Assembly: GCA_900088475.1 (NCBI GenBank)
Contig: FLMG01000941.1
Span: 372,001-436,000 of the forward strand
Length of the DNA stretch: 64,000 bases
Direction of reading: 5' to 3'
Origin: Hyphochytrium catenoides
Taxonomy: Eukaryota > Protista > Hyphochytriomycota
Shown here: positions 61,923 to 64,000 of the stretch, piece after piece
How the letters are laid out: each line of letters begins with the position of its first letter
Position numbering within the stretch: position 1 is the first letter of the stretch
The notes under the pieces: generated by a model
Database searches by the model: none
What the model saw: the letters and a program-made list of their open reading frames with translations, nothing else
What the model was told of the DNA's origin: nothing
Program-made: the position numbers and the translations under genes

Positions 61923-63945
61923 CTAGGAGTGGCTTGAGCCTGCGTTTGGCCGCCGAACAGTCCAAAGATGCTCTGAGTCTTTTGAATGGACCTCAGCTTT
62001 AGCCACTGGTGCGGTACCTCTTCCTCCCCTGCCTCCTCTTCCACTGCGAGCTGAAGGTTGATCATAACTCCCAGGTCCGTAGTCCCTTCCTCCCCGGCCC
62101 CGTGCGGGCTTCCATTGGTGTCCCCTACCTCTCCTTTCTCCCATTCTCTGCTGGTGATAGTCAGGTTGCGACTGGACGTATGAGCTCTGTCCATGCGATG
62201 CATAAGCTTGTAGGCCGCCCGCCTCTGGGCCTTGGAAGTGGGCTTGAGCCAGTCCTGTCCCTCGACTCCCATGGTATTCCGTACCGGACTTGGGAAACCC
62301 GCTGCCGCCGGTGCGTTCCGCCCATCTTCCGTCACGCTCCACCTGCCACTTCCGCGTTCCTTCATATCCGGCCCGAGACTGCAATGCGCCCCCTCGGCGG
62401 CCTCTGCCTCTCCCTCTTCCTCGGAAGCCACCACCATAGTGCTGGCTAGAATGCTTTTCATGCCCTCCATAGCTTACTTGGGGACGATGCTCGCCAGGGG
62501 GAGCGCTTTGCCCCATGGGCGTATTTCTTTGGTCTATTCTCTTCTCGGTTCCCTCTTGCAAATGGTGGTGCTTGTTTCCCAGCTCTAACTTTCCTCTTCC
62601 TCCTTTCCTTTCCCTTGGCTCTCCCCAGCCCCCTCCTGGACCTAAGGCGTCCTTTTGCTTGCTAGGTTGGATCTCTATTGTGCAGAGGAGTAAGCGAAAG
62701 AAGTCAAAAGACCAGCAGTAAAGAATGCAGTGGCTGTGAAGATGAAGAAAGAGTAGATAACAACCAAGATGCATTGGTTCAGCATGCTTCTCGGGCTGCC
62801 AGGCAGTCTGAGGGACAGGACATTAAGGAGAGTAGCCACTACTATGACCGAGTAGTACAATATCACTGAAGGAAGATAGCTTGAAGGGGAGGGAAGCTAA
62901 ACGGCCCTTGAGGAGCTTTGATGGATGTGTTGCACTTGCCTTCCCCCCACCCGGGGCGTTCCTTCTCCACTCCGACCTGCTCCGACGGCAGAGCGGACCG
63001 CGAGCCATGTCCAGCCATAGCTACTAACAGAATGGCCGTAAGAAGGGCAAACCAAACGAGGGAGAAGGACAGAGTGAGGAGAACAAGGAACCTCGGCTTG
63101 ATTGAAACAGCGACGATAAGGAAGTGTGCAAACAGTCGCAGGGCTGTTCCATGGCAGGGCAGAGACGAGGGTGATAGCGGGGCAAGTCATGTGAGAGAAT
63201 CCTGCTAAGTGTCTCTTACCCGGCTGCTCTGGTGTTGCTCTTTTTCCGCCCCTTCCTCCGCCTCTTCGACCATCTATCACACAGAGCGTCAGAGTCCGAT
63301 GTGGAGCCAATGTCTTGTTTGTTGTGTCGTCTCTTACCATTCGGCGTCCCTTGATTAAATTTCTCCTTCTTTTTCTTCATCTTTTCTTGTTTCTTCGCTT
63401 TCTTCTTCTCAGCAGGGTCCTCGTACTCCTCCAACAGCTCGTCTAAGCTGCTGCTTCGGCTCAGCACTTCGTAAGCTCTCATAAACTCCTCGGTAAGGCG
63501 CTGTGAAATAAATCCTAGTGAGCTAGAAGCGATAGATGACCGAGCTTTTAAGGTCTACCCATATCGTTCTGTCGTCTTCACAAGCGAGGCTCCTTTTGAC
63601 CACTTTTCCCTAATCCATGTCCGTGCGTTCTCTCACCTCCTGCCCCTTATCAGTCAAAGAGGCCCCTAAGTCATGGCTCGTCTCCATAGGATCTTGAATA
63701 CTTAGTCGCCACAGCTTTGGCTTTTCCCAAGCCTCAGTCTTTTTGAGCAGCGCCGTGCTGTTGGTGTTTACGACGTAGTCGAACATATTGAAGACGTGAC
63801 AGAAGTAATGGAAAAAGCCTAAGAGCAAGTCGGCGCTACATCTTTTGTCAGGAAGACTCTGCGCCTGTGATGAGACGTAGTGAGAGAGATACTGGCGGGC
63901 TCGAGATACGTCGGAGCAGAACGTGACATCATGCCCACTTGAATC
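61923..63945 (-). CDS. Cid1/TUTase-type non-canonical nucleotidyltransferase, 3' part (PAP-associated domain plus RGG-rich tail)
   Basis: Exon 63945-63637: GHDVTFCSD...ADLLLGFFHYF...FDYVVN...LSIQDPMETSHDLG; exon 63500-63220: RLTEEFMRAYEVL plus a Lys-rich segment; last exon ~62662-61923 is Gly/Arg-rich. The catalytic domain lies beyond the window end. Confidence 0.75.
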
Positions 63946-64000
63946 CTGAAGAGAGAGAGAGAATAACGAGCACCGTGCTGAGCCTTAGTTGTCAGGTGGC

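Overview
Gene-dense eukaryotic nuclear DNA with spliceosomal GT-AG introns and pervasive CT/GA microsatellite. The calmodulin sequence and gene set point to a flagellate-capable stramenopile, probably an ochrophyte alga (inference). Sixteen protein-coding genes were reconstructed by hand-splicing: the 3' part of CFAP43, a ~4,400-aa DNAH6-like dynein heavy chain with an eroded motor domain, aminoacylase-1, an unknown multi-TM protein, a YHM2-like mitochondrial carrier, eIF3j, an intronless thioredoxin-reductase-fold flavoprotein, DRC5/TCTE1, SEN34, an RWP-RK factor, a kinesin-14, a YciI-family protein not evident from the ORF track, calmodulin, HAT1, TTC1 and the 3' part of a Cid1/TUTase-type nucleotidyltransferase. 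No rRNA, tRNA, CRISPR or intact transposon was found. The best leads are the degenerate but full-length dynein (possible pseudo-motor), the bacterial-type CxxC flavoprotein bracketed by two identical 15-bp palindrome-containing sites, a recurrent CG[AG]GT[AT]A upstream motif, sense-strand CT skew that implies hidden 5' leader introns, and frequent AAG splice acceptors. Family calls come from recalled motifs, not database searches.
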